Shown here: positions 35,096 to 45,780 of the stretch, piece by piece
How positions within the stretch are numbered: the first letter of the stretch is position 1
Layout of the letters: each line of letters opens with the position of its first letter
IMG/VR virus record: IMGVR_UViG_3300042923_000379
Coordinates: 1-53,273 of that record
Source of the DNA: a virus
Taxonomy: Duplodnaviria; Caudoviricetes
Strand: one strand, 5' to 3'
Length of the DNA stretch: 53,273 nt
Notes under the pieces: generated by a model
What the model saw: the letters and a program-made list of their open reading frames with translations, nothing else
What the model was told of the DNA's origin: nothing
Database searches by the model: none
Position numbers and translations under genes: made by a program

Positions 35096-37258
35096 TTAGG
35101 ACTGAATTACTCCAAAGCCTTTCCAAGTTCCTGGAGTTCCTGCTGTTGTACAAATCCAACCTTCGTATCCACTAGCACTTGGATTCATATTTTTAGCTCT
35201 ATCTGCCTTTAGCCATGTTCCTACTGTTGGAACTCCAGTCCCATAAGAAACTATATTCGTACCATGCATTTCAAAAGCATATGAAGCATTTAAAGTATCA
35301 ACAGTATTTGAAACATTTGTTTTCCATGCGAAACCATTGACATCTTCACCTGTATCAAATAAAGACCTAGACATTGGATATGGTATATCAACATATTTAT
35401 CATATACACCAGTAGAAGTTCCTCTATATATTCTAATCATAGGTAGGAATATAGCTGAACTTCCAAATACAAATTTTACATATGAATGAGAGTTTGTTAC
35501 TGATATGGATTTCTCACCAGAATTGTTTACAACTCCCATCATCCTTCCTTTATCTAATATAGATGCAATTCTATAATAATAAGTAGTTAAGGATGCTTTA
35601 AAATCTATATTTGCATTTTCATAAGTTCCTATATTACTTAAATAATAATATCCATCATCATTAGCTCCGTTTATAATTTTATCATTTTTTACAACTTTAT
35701 TTCTTATATTTAAATTATTAGAGTTGCTTAAAATATTTGTACCAGAACCAGTTTTAAGCGAAATCCCTGAATTATAGGCATATGCATATGGAGCACCATA
35801 ACTTTCACACTCTCTAAAGACATTATTTAAAATCAATTCTCCTGCATAGGATGATATATCTATTTCGTCATAGTCAGAACTATATGAATATACTTGATAT
35901 TTTAATTTAAATGTAACATTATTTAATGTAAAAGGTCTATTAATCTGACCGCTATATTGCAATTGACTGTCAACCAATGTAATGCATGATTCATTTGGTT
36001 TTTTCCAAAAATATGAATTATTAATTTCTCCACTACTATCTTGAAGCAATATATTTCCTTTTTCAAAATGACAATTATCAAAGCTAATACTTTCACAATT
36101 ATTTATCTTATAGTCTCCGTTCAAACACCCTTCAATTCTGCAACCTAAAGAACCACTTACTGAAACACCCTTCAAGTAAGCTTCTGATAAATAGTTTACA
36201 CAATGTACGCCTTTAAATGTTACGGAATCACCTTGCCCAACTTTTTCTATAGAATAGTTTGTTGGTGACATATGGTCTACAACCATAACAAAATTAACAT
36301 CAAATAAATCTATATATAGAGAACCTGTTTTGATTGTTTGATAATATCTTCTTGAATATACGTCAACTGTTCTTAATGGACATGCCGCAAATATAAGTTT
36401 AAGATTGTTTATTAAGTTTACATTATCACTCACTAAATGTCTAAATTCAACAAATTTATAAGGATATTGCTCATCCCATGTGCTTACATTAGAGCTATTG
36501 CAACTAAATACAAACCCATTCGTAAATGTTCCTCCACTTGCTGGAATTATAGGGCTATAATTAAGTTCTATAACAGTACCTACAGGTGCAAATATAGTAG
36601 AAGATACTTTATAGTTCTTACCTTTTTCAAATATAATCTTTTTACCTGTTCCTGCCGCAGTTATAGTATTTTGTATTGCTACAGTATCGTCGGTAGTTCC
36701 ATCACCAATAGCTCCAAAACTACTAACATAGTACGCTGTTTCTTCCAATTGCGACTTAACCGTAGTTAATTCAGTTGCATATTCTGCTTCTAACCCATTG
36801 TATTTTGTTTCAAATTGTTGATTCCAAGTTTCTACTAATGCCAAAGCCTCAGTTAATGCGCTAAATTCATCAGTAGACTCTATAGCATTATCATCTCTTA
36901 AAACTTCTAATACTTCAAAGGTAAATGATATAGTTGCTATAACTCCTCCTGTAGTATCATATAGGCTTAATTCACATTCCACATTGCCAGGGTAAGTTAA
37001 AGTTTGAGTTGTTAATATTAAACTTAATTTTCCTGCTGTAGCATTATCTATAGTACAAGGAGAATAAACTTTATGTCCATCAGCTTTATAAAAATAGGCA
37101 TTCGCAGTTAATCCTGTAAGGTCATATACTAAGGATTGATTTAATAATGTAAACTCGAATTTTCTTGAATTAGTATCATATTGTTTTAATCTATATTTAG
37201 GAATTGAGGTGTATTTATTGGAAAGATCTATTTTGTATGGATGTATAATTGGATTCAT
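35096..37258 (-). CDS. baseplate/receptor-binding protein: BppU N-domain + pectate-lyase-like beta-helix
   Basis: KQYDTNSRKFEFTL..DLTG..KADG; VSSFGAIGDGTTDDTVAIQNTI; GWICTTAGTPGTWKGFGVI C-terminus. Confidence 0.85.
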   Translation of the reverse strand: MNPIIHPYKIDLSNKYTSIPKYRLKQYDTNSRKFEFTLLNQSLVYDLTGLTANAYFYKADGHKVYSPCTIDNATAGKLSLILTTQTLTYPGNVECELSLYDTTGGVIATISFTFEVLEVLRDDNAIESTDEFSALTEALALVETWNQQFETKYNGLEAEYATELTTVKSQLEETAYYVSSFGAIGDGTTDDTVAIQNTITAAGTGKKIIFEKGKNYKVSSTIFAPVGTVIELNYSPIIPASGGTFTNGFVFSCNSSNVSTWDEQYPYKFVEFRHLVSDNVNLINNLKLIFAACPLRTVDVYSRRYYQTIKTGSLYIDLFDVNFVMVVDHMSPTNYSIEKVGQGDSVTFKGVHCVNYLSEAYLKGVSVSGSLGCRIEGCLNGDYKINNCESISFDNCHFEKGNILLQDSSGEINNSYFWKKPNESCITLVDSQLQYSGQINRPFTLNNVTFKLKYQVYSYSSDYDEIDISSYAGELILNNVFRECESYGAPYAYAYNSGISLKTGSGTNILSNSNNLNIRNKVVKNDKIINGANDDGYYYLSNIGTYENANIDFKASLTTYYYRIASILDKGRMMGVVNNSGEKSISVTNSHSYVKFVFGSSAIFLPMIRIYRGTSTGVYDKYVDIPYPMSRSLFDTGEDVNGFAWKTNVSNTVDTLNASYAFEMHGTNIVSYGTGVPTVGTWLKADRAKNMNPSASGYEGWICTTAGTPGTWKGFGVIQS

Positions 37259-37273
37259 AAAACCACTTCCTTT

Positions 37274-37579
37274 CTAAATATCTTCTGCATTAGCAAAGAA
37301 TTCATTATTTTCTTTAGTAAATTTATAGATCTGCTCTAATGGATTAGTTTCTTTATCCAGTGTTTCGGTTGAGAAATATGTATCATACTTATCCGCTAAA
37401 CATCTAACCTTTTTAGTTTCTACTGGACTATAACCTTTATCATGTTTATCTTTATCTAACCATCCACCCATGGTTATATCAACGCTTTTAAATTTCAATA
37501 GTGGATGATAGTCTGTGATTTTCCAGTAAGCTACAGGAACGCCACTTTCATTTATATAATTATTAAGTTGTAAAGCCAC
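37274..37579 (-). CDS. hypothetical tail-associated protein
   Basis: lies between Tal and the RBP. Confidence 0.6.
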   Translation of the reverse strand: MALQLNNYINESGVPVAYWKITDYHPLLKFKSVDITMGGWLDKDKHDKGYSPVETKKVRCLADKYDTYFSTETLDKETNPLEQIYKFTKENNEFFANAEDI

Positions 37580-39903
37580 TAAACATCCCCTCCTAATCTT
37601 CTAACTTCATTTTCAAGTCTTTCAACCTTTTTCATCATTTCTTGCATTGCTCCCATAAGCATAGTGGTATAGGAATATAAATTTACACTCTTTTCGTTAT
37701 CGTGATTCAACATTTCAATAGGAACTTCATCAGCCATGACACCTGCAAAGAACTCTTTTTCATTTAATTCTTGCAATTCTGCTATTTTAGCTTTTTCTTC
37801 TTCTGTAGTATCTTCTGTAACTACTGGAGGTATATATTTATATAAATAAGCTTTTAAATTCTTTATAACATCATAGGAGTAGTCTGTTTCTAACTCGTTT
37901 ATGTTGTACTTTTTTGCTCTGTCTGAAGCTTGATTAAAAGCAAATGAATACATACCCTTCCAACACATTCCCCATTGGCCAACGTCATATACATCATCTA
38001 AAGAAGGTTGTATATCTCCATGCATAGTTAATTGTGTATAAATATCTGTAGCACCATCTATTCTCACAACATCATAAAACCTAGTACTTTTCTTTATATC
38101 TACTTTGCCAAGATTACCATATGCTCCAGTATCTATAAATATTGCATGTTGAAACCCGCCAGTATCTTCATATCCTAAGCTTATATATTTACCACTTCTA
38201 CCAACTATACTTAACCCACGTTTGTCTTCTTCGCCTATAAGCTTTCCGGAAAATATTCTTGCACATTCATTACTTGAATCCCAATCTTTAAAGGATTGTA
38301 TTCTTTTAGTAATTTCTATGGCTTTATTTCCTGTATCTGCATCATATGTTGTATAGTCGCCTGTTAAAGATAAGGTTGTTCCATCAAAAGTTAATCTATC
38401 AGCAAAATTGAAAGTTCCTTCATCTAAATTAAGAAGTAAATTCAAACCAGATATAGTGCCTTTATTAAACTCAATTTCCCCTGTATTTAAATCTATTTTT
38501 ATATTATTACCTAAAATAACCCCAGCTACTATTAAATCAGCTATAAAGCCTTTACCTGTGCCAAAAGTTCTAAATATCCAATCTGTACCTTCTGGATTTA
38601 ATGTATCTGATATCATAAAACCTTTTGTACCTATACACATGCAACCAAAAGTATCACTGTCTGGATCTCTATCTTCAAATAAAATAGCTCTTTCCTTATG
38701 TTTAACTGCTACATCTGCCATAGCATGCATAGAAACATTAACAAAGTCAATTATGCCTTGTAACATTCCAGTATTCACGGTTCCATTTTGATTTAATATA
38801 CCTTCAGCTTTATTTAAAATATCATTATTAGATTGTATATAATCTTTATTAAATGAACCTAGTTCTATGCTTGCATATCTTTCGGCAATAGAATCATAAA
38901 CCCATTTTACAACCCTAGCTTCTAAATCAATTCCTAAATTTTCGTGTTGAATCACTACAGTGTCACCCATAGAAACATCTTCAAAAACTGGAGTATCTTT
39001 ATATTCCTCCATTTGTGATAAAAGCACTATATCAGCTTTATAACTGTATTTTTGAGGTATATCTATACCGTCTTCAAAGAGTTGGTTACTTGCAGCAATT
39101 AGAGCTGCTTGCGCTAATGCTAAAGTTGCATAACCTTCCTCGTCTGGATCGCTAGGATTATTTTTAACTTTTATATTATCAAATTTAATTTCTCTTACAA
39201 TTATATGAGGATATGAATTTATTTTTGGACTATCTACATAAGGAGTTGTACCACTTAATGTAATTCCATCAAACCCAACTGGAATTATTCTAGTAACTAC
39301 AGAATCCATATCCATATCTTCTTCTAACGCTACTAGATTTTTACCATATGCAATTTTAACTCCATTATCGGAACCAACTCTATTGTTCATATAAAGATTA
39401 AAGTTATCTCTAAAGATTTCTCCACCCCATCTTTTTATAAAAGAATTTTCATCATCACCCAATAAAGCTTCTATAGGGTTTTTTCTTACATAATAAGCTG
39501 TATTTACAGTTGTTATATCGCTAGAAACAGTAAAATTATGAGGATTTAATGTTCGGTTAAATATATATGGTAATGCATTTTGACCAGTTAAATTAGTAGG
39601 TCTAACATCTAATAACATGTTATCTAGTAAATCATAAGAAATATGTCTCGCATAAACTGTTATTTCAGACATGGTTTTAACTTTTCTATATATTCTAAAT
39701 AACTGCAATCCATTAGGCGTTGGAGCTTTAATTATTCTTAATTCCTGTATATATTTCCATCTTCCTTCTTCATCTAAAGGATGGTCTAATTCTAGTTCAT
39801 AAAGACCATTTGCAACGCATGTTGGTTGTGCGAAAGTTGGTTGTAGAACTTGTAAGCCTAAATTATTAAAGTTAGTTTCATTTGATTCATATATAGTAAT
39901 CAA
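37579..39903 (-). CDS. tail endopeptidase/spike (Tal) with C-terminal S74-like chaperone
   Basis: NGLYELEL..QLFRIYR..RWGGEIFRDNF..YGKNL..VTRIIPVG; SDRAKKYNI..GVMADEV..coiled coil. Confidence 0.88.
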   Translation of the reverse strand: MITIYESNETNFNNLGLQVLQPTFAQPTCVANGLYELELDHPLDEEGRWKYIQELRIIKAPTPNGLQLFRIYRKVKTMSEITVYARHISYDLLDNMLLDVRPTNLTGQNALPYIFNRTLNPHNFTVSSDITTVNTAYYVRKNPIEALLGDDENSFIKRWGGEIFRDNFNLYMNNRVGSDNGVKIAYGKNLVALEEDMDMDSVVTRIIPVGFDGITLSGTTPYVDSPKINSYPHIIVREIKFDNIKVKNNPSDPDEEGYATLALAQAALIAASNQLFEDGIDIPQKYSYKADIVLLSQMEEYKDTPVFEDVSMGDTVVIQHENLGIDLEARVVKWVYDSIAERYASIELGSFNKDYIQSNNDILNKAEGILNQNGTVNTGMLQGIIDFVNVSMHAMADVAVKHKERAILFEDRDPDSDTFGCMCIGTKGFMISDTLNPEGTDWIFRTFGTGKGFIADLIVAGVILGNNIKIDLNTGEIEFNKGTISGLNLLLNLDEGTFNFADRLTFDGTTLSLTGDYTTYDADTGNKAIEITKRIQSFKDWDSSNECARIFSGKLIGEEDKRGLSIVGRSGKYISLGYEDTGGFQHAIFIDTGAYGNLGKVDIKKSTRFYDVVRIDGATDIYTQLTMHGDIQPSLDDVYDVGQWGMCWKGMYSFAFNQASDRAKKYNINELETDYSYDVIKNLKAYLYKYIPPVVTEDTTEEEKAKIAELQELNEKEFFAGVMADEVPIEMLNHDNEKSVNLYSYTTMLMGAMQEMMKKVERLENEVRRLGGDV

Positions 39904-39907
39904 TTTA

Positions 39908-40594
39908 TCACCTCCAATTAGGTGTTAATTCAATTTTAGAAACAGTACCAGTAAAACTTATTTCATTTAATCCTTTATCTAAATAAGGATAATTATTAAG
40001 TTTATAGTTTTGATTTTGATTCGTGTCTCTAAAGGCCTTCTCTAAATCTGAATTAATATTAATATAATTTGCTACTGAAGTTATTATTGTAGTTCTTCCA
40101 TTTATAGTTAGATTTATAGTTCCTTCACCAGTTATTTTTATAAAAGGTTTTGAAATAAAATATCCTGGATTATATAAATTTATAGCTGAAGATATTTCAA
40201 TAATCTCTTTACCACTATCGAAATAGTTGTATGGATCAATTGTAAAATCTACTGTAAATTTTCCATGGTATCTTAAAGTTCTTTCTAAATTTCCTATATC
40301 AACTTTTTTAATTTTATAGAAAATATCAAAATCATCACTAAACTTTAATTCTTTACCTTCTAGCCATGATTGAATATTTCTAGCTTTTTCGTTCATATTG
40401 TTAAAGTCAATAGTTTGGAAATTAATAGAGACAGTTCTATCTTTCCTACGCTTTCTATCGTAAGTAAGCGAACCATCTCTAGCTTCAACTTCTTTTAATT
40501 CAACATCTTTTTGAGAGAAAGGAATTATAACCCTAGAGGGTATTGTAAGTCCAAATTCTCTACAGCTTATTCCATCTATTAAGTTATAATACAT
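39908..40594 (-). CDS. distal tail protein (Dit)
   Basis: follows the tape measure gene; RDGSL..FTIDPY..YNPG..KPFIKITG..LDKGLNEISFTG. Confidence 0.85.
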   Translation of the reverse strand: MYYNLIDGISCREFGLTIPSRVIIPFSQKDVELKEVEARDGSLTYDRKRRKDRTVSINFQTIDFNNMNEKARNIQSWLEGKELKFSDDFDIFYKIKKVDIGNLERTLRYHGKFTVDFTIDPYNYFDSGKEIIEISSAINLYNPGYFISKPFIKITGEGTINLTINGRTTIITSVANYININSDLEKAFRDTNQNQNYKLNNYPYLDKGLNEISFTGTVSKIELTPNWR

Positions 40595-42528
40595 TATTTC
40601 ACCCCTCTTGATGTATTATCAGATATTCTTTTTCTTTCTAGTTCTGCGGCTGTCATATCTACTGTAGCTCTAGCTATTTCTCTTCCGTTAATAGGGATTG
40701 ATATTTCAAATCTATATATAGCCCCTTGGTTAGTTGAGTTTGAAGTGTATGAATCAGTGTTATAACTTCCATATCCTCCAGTGGTTGCTAGGCTTGGTGT
40801 TGATATAGTTGGGTTTATTGAACTAGCTATAGCTCCTAATCCGTTTATAGCTTTTGACACCATATTCTTTTTGTCTGATATACCTATTGCATAACCTTCG
40901 GTTGTATATTCTCCCATTTCCATCATTACACGTGAAGGAGAACGGATTCCCATAGCATCTTTAAATCCACCGACGAATTTATCAGCAATTGTTTTAGCTA
41001 TATTCCCTATACTAGACAAAGAATTTTTTACGCCGTTAACTAATCCTCTTATAATATCAGAACCCATATCATATAATCTGCTTGGAATATTAGCAATTTC
41101 ATTTACAATAGATGAAACTATGTTCCTTCCAGCTTCTAAAGCTCTATTTCTTGCTTCAATAGCAAAAGAACTAAGGTTACTTAAAGCGTTACTAAAATAT
41201 TCGTATAGTCTAATAGGTATATTAGAAACATACCCAGTAACAGCACTTACCATATTAGAACCAGCTTCGGAAGCCTTATTCCTTGAATTTTCTGCCCATG
41301 TAATTAAATTATTTAAGGTATTACTTAAAAACGTCATTACATTACCAGGTAATTCACTGAAAAAAGTAATAACATTAGCTATTCCAGTTTGTACAGTTAT
41401 TATCATATTCCCTATTCCATAACCAACGTTATAGGGAATTTGAACAAAAAATAAATCATAGAGATATTGCCCTATGACTACTGGTAAATTAGCTACAAAT
41501 GCTATGAAATTATTAAATTGTGTAGGGATAGTTTGTGTAAAAAATATAGAAATGGATTCTCCAATGTTAGAAAAAAATGTTCCTATACTTTCCATTCCAT
41601 CTTGAAAGCCTTCTTTGATATTTGTCCATAATTCTGAAAAAAATGTACCTATTGTTTGTACTAAATTTGATGCCCCTTCTTTTATTTTATCCCAATTTGC
41701 TACTAAAGCTACTCCAATAGCTATCAATGCCGCGATTCCTGCTACAACTCCAGCTACTGCCCCAGCTATTGGTAACCCTACCGCCATTACTGCGCCTACC
41801 ATTGATATTAAACTTCCTAGTAGTACCAATACTGGACCTACCACTGCTGCAATTCCTGCAATAACTAAAATAGTTTTTTTAGCTGCTGGAGATAAATCAC
41901 TAAACCATTTTGCCACTTTACTTAAAGTTTCAGCAAAAGACATTAATATAGGAACTAGAATCTCACCTAATTGCAAACCTATATCGACAAATTGATTTTT
42001 TAATATTTTAAGCCTTGATTCTGTAGTTTGATATCTTTGATTAGCTTCATTCTGCAATGCTGTATTTTCTTGCCATGCTTTATTGCCTATTTCTATTGAC
42101 TGATTAAATAAGTCCCCAGCTCCTGCTGCTCTTAGTATAGAATCTCTAAGCCTTATTTCAGTTATTCCCATATCATCTAATACTTTAATTGCGCTTGTGC
42201 CTCTTTGTTCTGCTGTTCCTACACCGTTTATAAATGCAATTATCGCTGAAGCTGCATCTTCTTTAAAAGCTTGTTTAAATTGACTTGCGCTCATTCCGGC
42301 AACATTTGCAAACTCTGTTAATTTATCAGAACCTGTTTCGGTAGCAAGTTCTATTTCCACCATGAGCTTGGAAAAAGCACTTCCACCCGCCTCGGCCTCA
42401 ATACCAACAGAACTTAAAGCACCTGCAAAAGAAACTATTTGAGCATTTGTTAATCCTACTTGTTTTCCAGCTCCTGCAAGTCTTAAAGCCATGTCAGTAA
42501 TTTCAGATTCGGTTGTAGCCAGATTATT
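40594..42528 (-). CDS. tape measure protein, exon 2 (644 codons + stop)
   Basis: NNLATTESEITDMALRLAGAG..EAEAGGSA..GIRSPSRVM; continues the exon 1 reading frame after splicing. Confidence 0.9.
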   Translation of the reverse strand, partial: NNLATTESEITDMALRLAGAGKQVGLTNAQIVSFAGALSSVGIEAEAGGSAFSKLMVEIELATETGSDKLTEFANVAGMSASQFKQAFKEDAASAIIAFINGVGTAEQRGTSAIKVLDDMGITEIRLRDSILRAAGAGDLFNQSIEIGNKAWQENTALQNEANQRYQTTESRLKILKNQFVDIGLQLGEILVPILMSFAETLSKVAKWFSDLSPAAKKTILVIAGIAAVVGPVLVLLGSLISMVGAVMAVGLPIAGAVAGVVAGIAALIAIGVALVANWDKIKEGASNLVQTIGTFFSELWTNIKEGFQDGMESIGTFFSNIGESISIFFTQTIPTQFNNFIAFVANLPVVIGQYLYDLFFVQIPYNVGYGIGNMIITVQTGIANVITFFSELPGNVMTFLSNTLNNLITWAENSRNKASEAGSNMVSAVTGYVSNIPIRLYEYFSNALSNLSSFAIEARNRALEAGRNIVSSIVNEIANIPSRLYDMGSDIIRGLVNGVKNSLSSIGNIAKTIADKFVGGFKDAMGIRSPSRVMMEMGEYTTEGYAIGISDKKNMVSKAINGLGAIASSINPTISTPSLATTGGYGSYNTDSYTSNSTNQGAIYRFEISIPINGREIARATVDMTAAELERKRISDNTSRGVK

Positions 42529-42858
42529 CAAATTGTTATTATCGCTAGGCTTTTTATCCTAACCTCTGGAGGTTTCCCTCATTTGCATCGAATAGTCTTT
42601 TCTATTCCAGTTTGGCATATATTTTCACCTTCAATTTAATTGTTAAGGTGTCGAGTACTCTTGGGAATATTATATTCTGCTTTTATATAAACAGGTTCAA
42701 TTCCTATGCTCTACGGTGAATACATATATTATTATGCATTTTACCTCGGTATTGACTTAGTTATTTCAATGCTTAATTTCAATAAAATAACGTTAATTAT
42801 CTACCGATTTTACTCGATTTTACGCTACTTGTTTCCAAGTAGTAGGGCAATAATGTTC
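42529..42858 (-). ncRNA. group I intron, 330 nt, no homing endonuclease ORF
   Basis: 5' exon ends in U, intron ends in G; P1 GGGU/GCCC, P10 AUUAUU/AAUAAU, P2 with GAAA loop, P3 UCGAGUA/UACUCGA, P4 UCGGU/ACCGA, P7 G(A)GCAUA/UAUGCC, P8 CACCUU/AAGGUG. Confidence 0.9.
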
Positions 42859-43710
42859 ACCCAAGGCTACAATTGTACTTCCTAATCTGTCAAACTCAGT
42901 TTGAGGTATTTGAGTAATATTAGCTAATCTTGCTAATGCTGTTGCGGCTTGGTCAGCACTTAAATTAGTAGAATCTCCTAACATAACCATTGTCTTTGTA
43001 AAACCTAAAATGTTTTCTGTCTTTATACCTAATTGTCCTGCTGCTTCTGCAACTCCTGCAATCTCACTTGCAGCCGGAGGCATTTCTTTAGCCATATCTC
43101 TAATACCTTGATTTAATTGTGAAAATTGTTCTTCTGTTGCATCTACTGTTTTTCTAACTCCTGCAAAAGCACTTTCAAAATCAATAGAACTTTTAACTGC
43201 TGCGGCACCTAATCCAACTATTGGTGCGGTAACTGCTACACTTAATGTTTTACCAACGCTTTGTAACTTACCGCCAAACTCTTGTAACTTAGGACCTAAT
43301 ACTTTTAAAGATTCATCTATTTTATAAAATTTACTACTCTGCTTATCCAGTGCATCATTAGTATCTTTAAGTTGTGATTCCATCTTGTTATACTCTGCAA
43401 CTGCTTTATTTAACTGTATAGCAAGTCCCTGAGTAGCTTTATCGTCTTCACCTTTAACTTTTACACTTTGGTCATAAGAACTCTTTAAATTGTCTATTTT
43501 AGCCTTTTGAACTTCTAATTGACGATTTAAAATATCACTTTTATTCTTTAAACTATCTGTTGAATTTCCGAAACTATCTGTACTAGACTTAGCTACATCC
43601 ATTTCAGACTTAAGAACTCTCATATTTCTATTTAAGCTTGTTATCCCATTCTGAAAGTTAACAGAATCCATCCCAAGCTTAACAACTAATTCACTTAAGG
43701 TTGTTGCCAT
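42859..43710 (-). CDS. tape measure protein, exon 1 (284 codons)
   Basis: LVVKLG..IDFESAFAGVRKTVDAT..AEAAGQLGI..FDRLGSTIVALG (TP901-type core). Confidence 0.9.
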
Positions 43711-43721
43711 TTGCTCACCTC

Positions 43722-43934
43722 CTAATCATCTTCTGGAAGCCCTTGGAGAGTTTCTTTATTTTCATTTTCATTATTGTTTCTGTCATGTTCTTCATCATAA
43801 AGCTTCATAAGTGTAAATAACTTTTTAGGTTGACTTATCCAAAATTCTTCATCTGAAATATTTAGTTTTTTTCTGCATTTATAATAAACCCACTGCCAAT
43901 CTATTTCACTATTGGAGTGGGTTCCTGGTTTCCC
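43722..43934 (-). CDS. tail assembly chaperone -1 frameshift extension (gpGT-like)
   Basis: slippery G_GGA_AAC at 43934-43928; -1 frame open: ..EIDWQWVYYKCRKKLNISDEEFWISQPKKLFTLM..PEDD*. Confidence 0.8.
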   Translation of the reverse strand, partial: GKPGTHSNSEIDWQWVYYKCRKKLNISDEEFWISQPKKLFTLMKLYDEEHDRNNNENENKETLQGLPEDD

Positions 43935-44344
43935 TCAGTATTTTCTTTTTCTTCTGTAGCCATGGACATACCATCAAACAATATTGTAAGTAAAGATTCT
44001 TGTATGTAAGAAAGATCTTTAGGGGTAATGTATTGAGCTAATTCTTTTGAAGTATAATCTTCGCCTTCTCCGGAGCTTATTACAGCTGCTAAAATAGTAT
44101 TTAGCATTCCCATCATTGGAGTTTTAGGAGTTTCTTCTTCTTTATTTTCTTTTTTATTAGATTTTTTATCTTCTTGTTTATCTTCAGCAGATAAATCTTT
44201 AACTATTTCCAAAAAACTTTTTCCAAGTTCATTTTCCATTTTCTCGATTGCATTCATGTCTAAAATTGCATTAAATTCTATATCTTGAATTTTAATTAAT
44301 CCAGTTTTCCTTTTAAGTAGTGCCAATTTACTTTTCTTTGACAT
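43901..44344 (-). CDS. tail assembly chaperone (gpG-like)
   Basis: between major tail and tape measure genes; LDMNAIEKMENELG. Confidence 0.8.
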   Translation of the reverse strand: MSKKSKLALLKRKTGLIKIQDIEFNAILDMNAIEKMENELGKSFLEIVKDLSAEDKQEDKKSNKKENKEEETPKTPMMGMLNTILAAVISSGEGEDYTSKELAQYITPKDLSYIQESLLTILFDGMSMATEEKENTEGNQEPTPIVK

Positions 44345-44360
44345 AATTCCTCCTATAATA

Positions 44361-44385
44361 AAAAGACTAGGTTTCCCTAGTCTTT
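44361..44385 (-). terminator. terminator after the major tail gene
   Basis: AAAGACTAGG-gaaa-CCTAGTCTTT with a T run on the minus strand. Confidence 0.7.
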
Positions 44386-44397
44386 AATAATTTTTAA

Positions 44398-44985
44398 TTA
44401 AGGTGTTACTGTTCCAAGTTCTTGTACTGCTGTAAACCATGCCGCTTCTTTAGTTTCATCTTTATCTTCTGCATTTCCGTATAGTTCAGCTTTAGGTCTA
44501 TTATCTTTTAATCTACAGTCAAATGTACCTGAGATTGTCTTTGATTTTACATCTGGAGCTTTCTTTTTAGTCCCGTTTTCATCTGTTGGTTGTCCAAATG
44601 TTCCAACATAAAAAACTCTTTTCTTATAATAATCAGTACCAGTAGTAAGATCCCTACATAATACTTCATCTAAATATGCAACTGTTTTAGGTTGTTGATT
44701 GTCTGAAGGTACATATATACCATCTATAATTTGACCACCATATAAAACTAATTGAACTTCTGGTGTTAAATCATCTACTTCCACTTCGATTCCGTAAGAA
44801 GCTGGTCCATATATTTTACCTTCAACTCCATCATCTGATTCTAATTCAACCATTTCTTGTGAAGGAGTAACAGTACAATTTATACCTCTTCCTAATTTTA
44901 CTGGTGTTCCAGCGGTGTAAGTTGTATCTGAATTAACAGTTACAGGAGCTACATAAGGTTTTCTAAATCCTATTTCTCTAGCCAT
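44398..44985 (-). CDS. major tail protein (phi13 family)
   Basis: IGFRKPYVA..YTAGTPVKL..ESDDG..AWFTAV. Confidence 0.85.
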   Translation of the reverse strand: MAREIGFRKPYVAPVTVNSDTTYTAGTPVKLGRGINCTVTPSQEMVELESDDGVEGKIYGPASYGIEVEVDDLTPEVQLVLYGGQIIDGIYVPSDNQQPKTVAYLDEVLCRDLTTGTDYYKKRVFYVGTFGQPTDENGTKKKAPDVKSKTISGTFDCRLKDNRPKAELYGNAEDKDETKEAAWFTAVQELGTVTP

Positions 44986-45325
44986 TTAAATTCCACTTCC
45001 TTTCTAAATTATAACGAATACTAACCCAATATTCTGGAATATCTGGGATATACTCAGGGCCATTTTCTAAGGCCCATTCAAAATTATTTGATTCCATATT
45101 TTGATTTACTTGATTTATAAAAGTATCTTCAATAGATGCTTTTGAGAAAATATCTACTTGCCATGTCTGTATTTCACTTTCTGGTTCATCATCAGAATAG
45201 TTTTGTCTATCCTTATCTATTCTTTTATAAACTATATAAGTTGTGGCAGAACCACTATAAGATAGGTGTTTAACTGGAATATTAAATGGAGTTAATATAT
45301 TGTAAATATCATCTTTTATACTCAT
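44978..45325 (-). CDS. tail completion/terminator protein
   Basis: YSGSATTYIVY..YSDDEP..WQVDIFSK. Confidence 0.75.
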   Translation of the reverse strand: MSIKDDIYNILTPFNIPVKHLSYSGSATTYIVYKRIDKDRQNYSDDEPESEIQTWQVDIFSKASIEDTFINQVNQNMESNNFEWALENGPEYIPDIPEYWVSIRYNLERKWNLNG

Positions 45326-45780
45326 AATCCTAATTCATCCTTTAAAGTTTTTTTAATAATTTCTAAAGCATCACCTTGTTTAGCATTCATTGCTGGTTGC
45401 ATAAATGGTCTTGCAGGTATTTTAGTACCACCAGCCTTTAATGTATAAACTTTTCCTTTTACTGTTCGCTTAAATGGAATAGACCACCCAAACTCAGCAA
45501 ATTTTAAATAGAACGCTTCAGAATTATCAGCTCGGGTAATACCTATGCCAACCTTTTTAACTCCATCTTCAGTTTTGATATTTCCGATTTTTAAAAATTC
45601 CCTTGCATGTTTTTTACTTGCATTTGAAACAGGAGCATTTCTAATCATTTCTTGTAAAATTGGTTCAGCGCCTTTTTTTAATACTTTATTTTCAATTCCA
45701 GATATTTTATTTTTATCTCCAATATTTAATAAGGCTTTTTGAAGTTCTTCTAATCCATCTAATTCAAGATTGAATCCCAT
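45322..45780 (-). CDS. HK97 gp10 family protein
   Basis: LDGLEEL..FYLKFAEFG..IPARPFMQPA. Confidence 0.88.
   Translation of the reverse strand: MGFNLELDGLEELQKALLNIGDKNKISGIENKVLKKGAEPILQEMIRNAPVSNASKKHAREFLKIGNIKTEDGVKKVGIGITRADNSEAFYLKFAEFGWSIPFKRTVKGKVYTLKAGGTKIPARPFMQPAMNAKQGDALEIIKKTLKDELGL

Noticed and set aside
42529-42531. TTG as an independent start for a second tape measure gene
   Set aside because: No RBS; the G is the intron terminal G and the break falls inside a conserved TMP motif.
43928-43934. Tail chaperone frameshift as a novelty
   Set aside because: This is the well-known lambda G/GT-type recoding; listed as a feature only.
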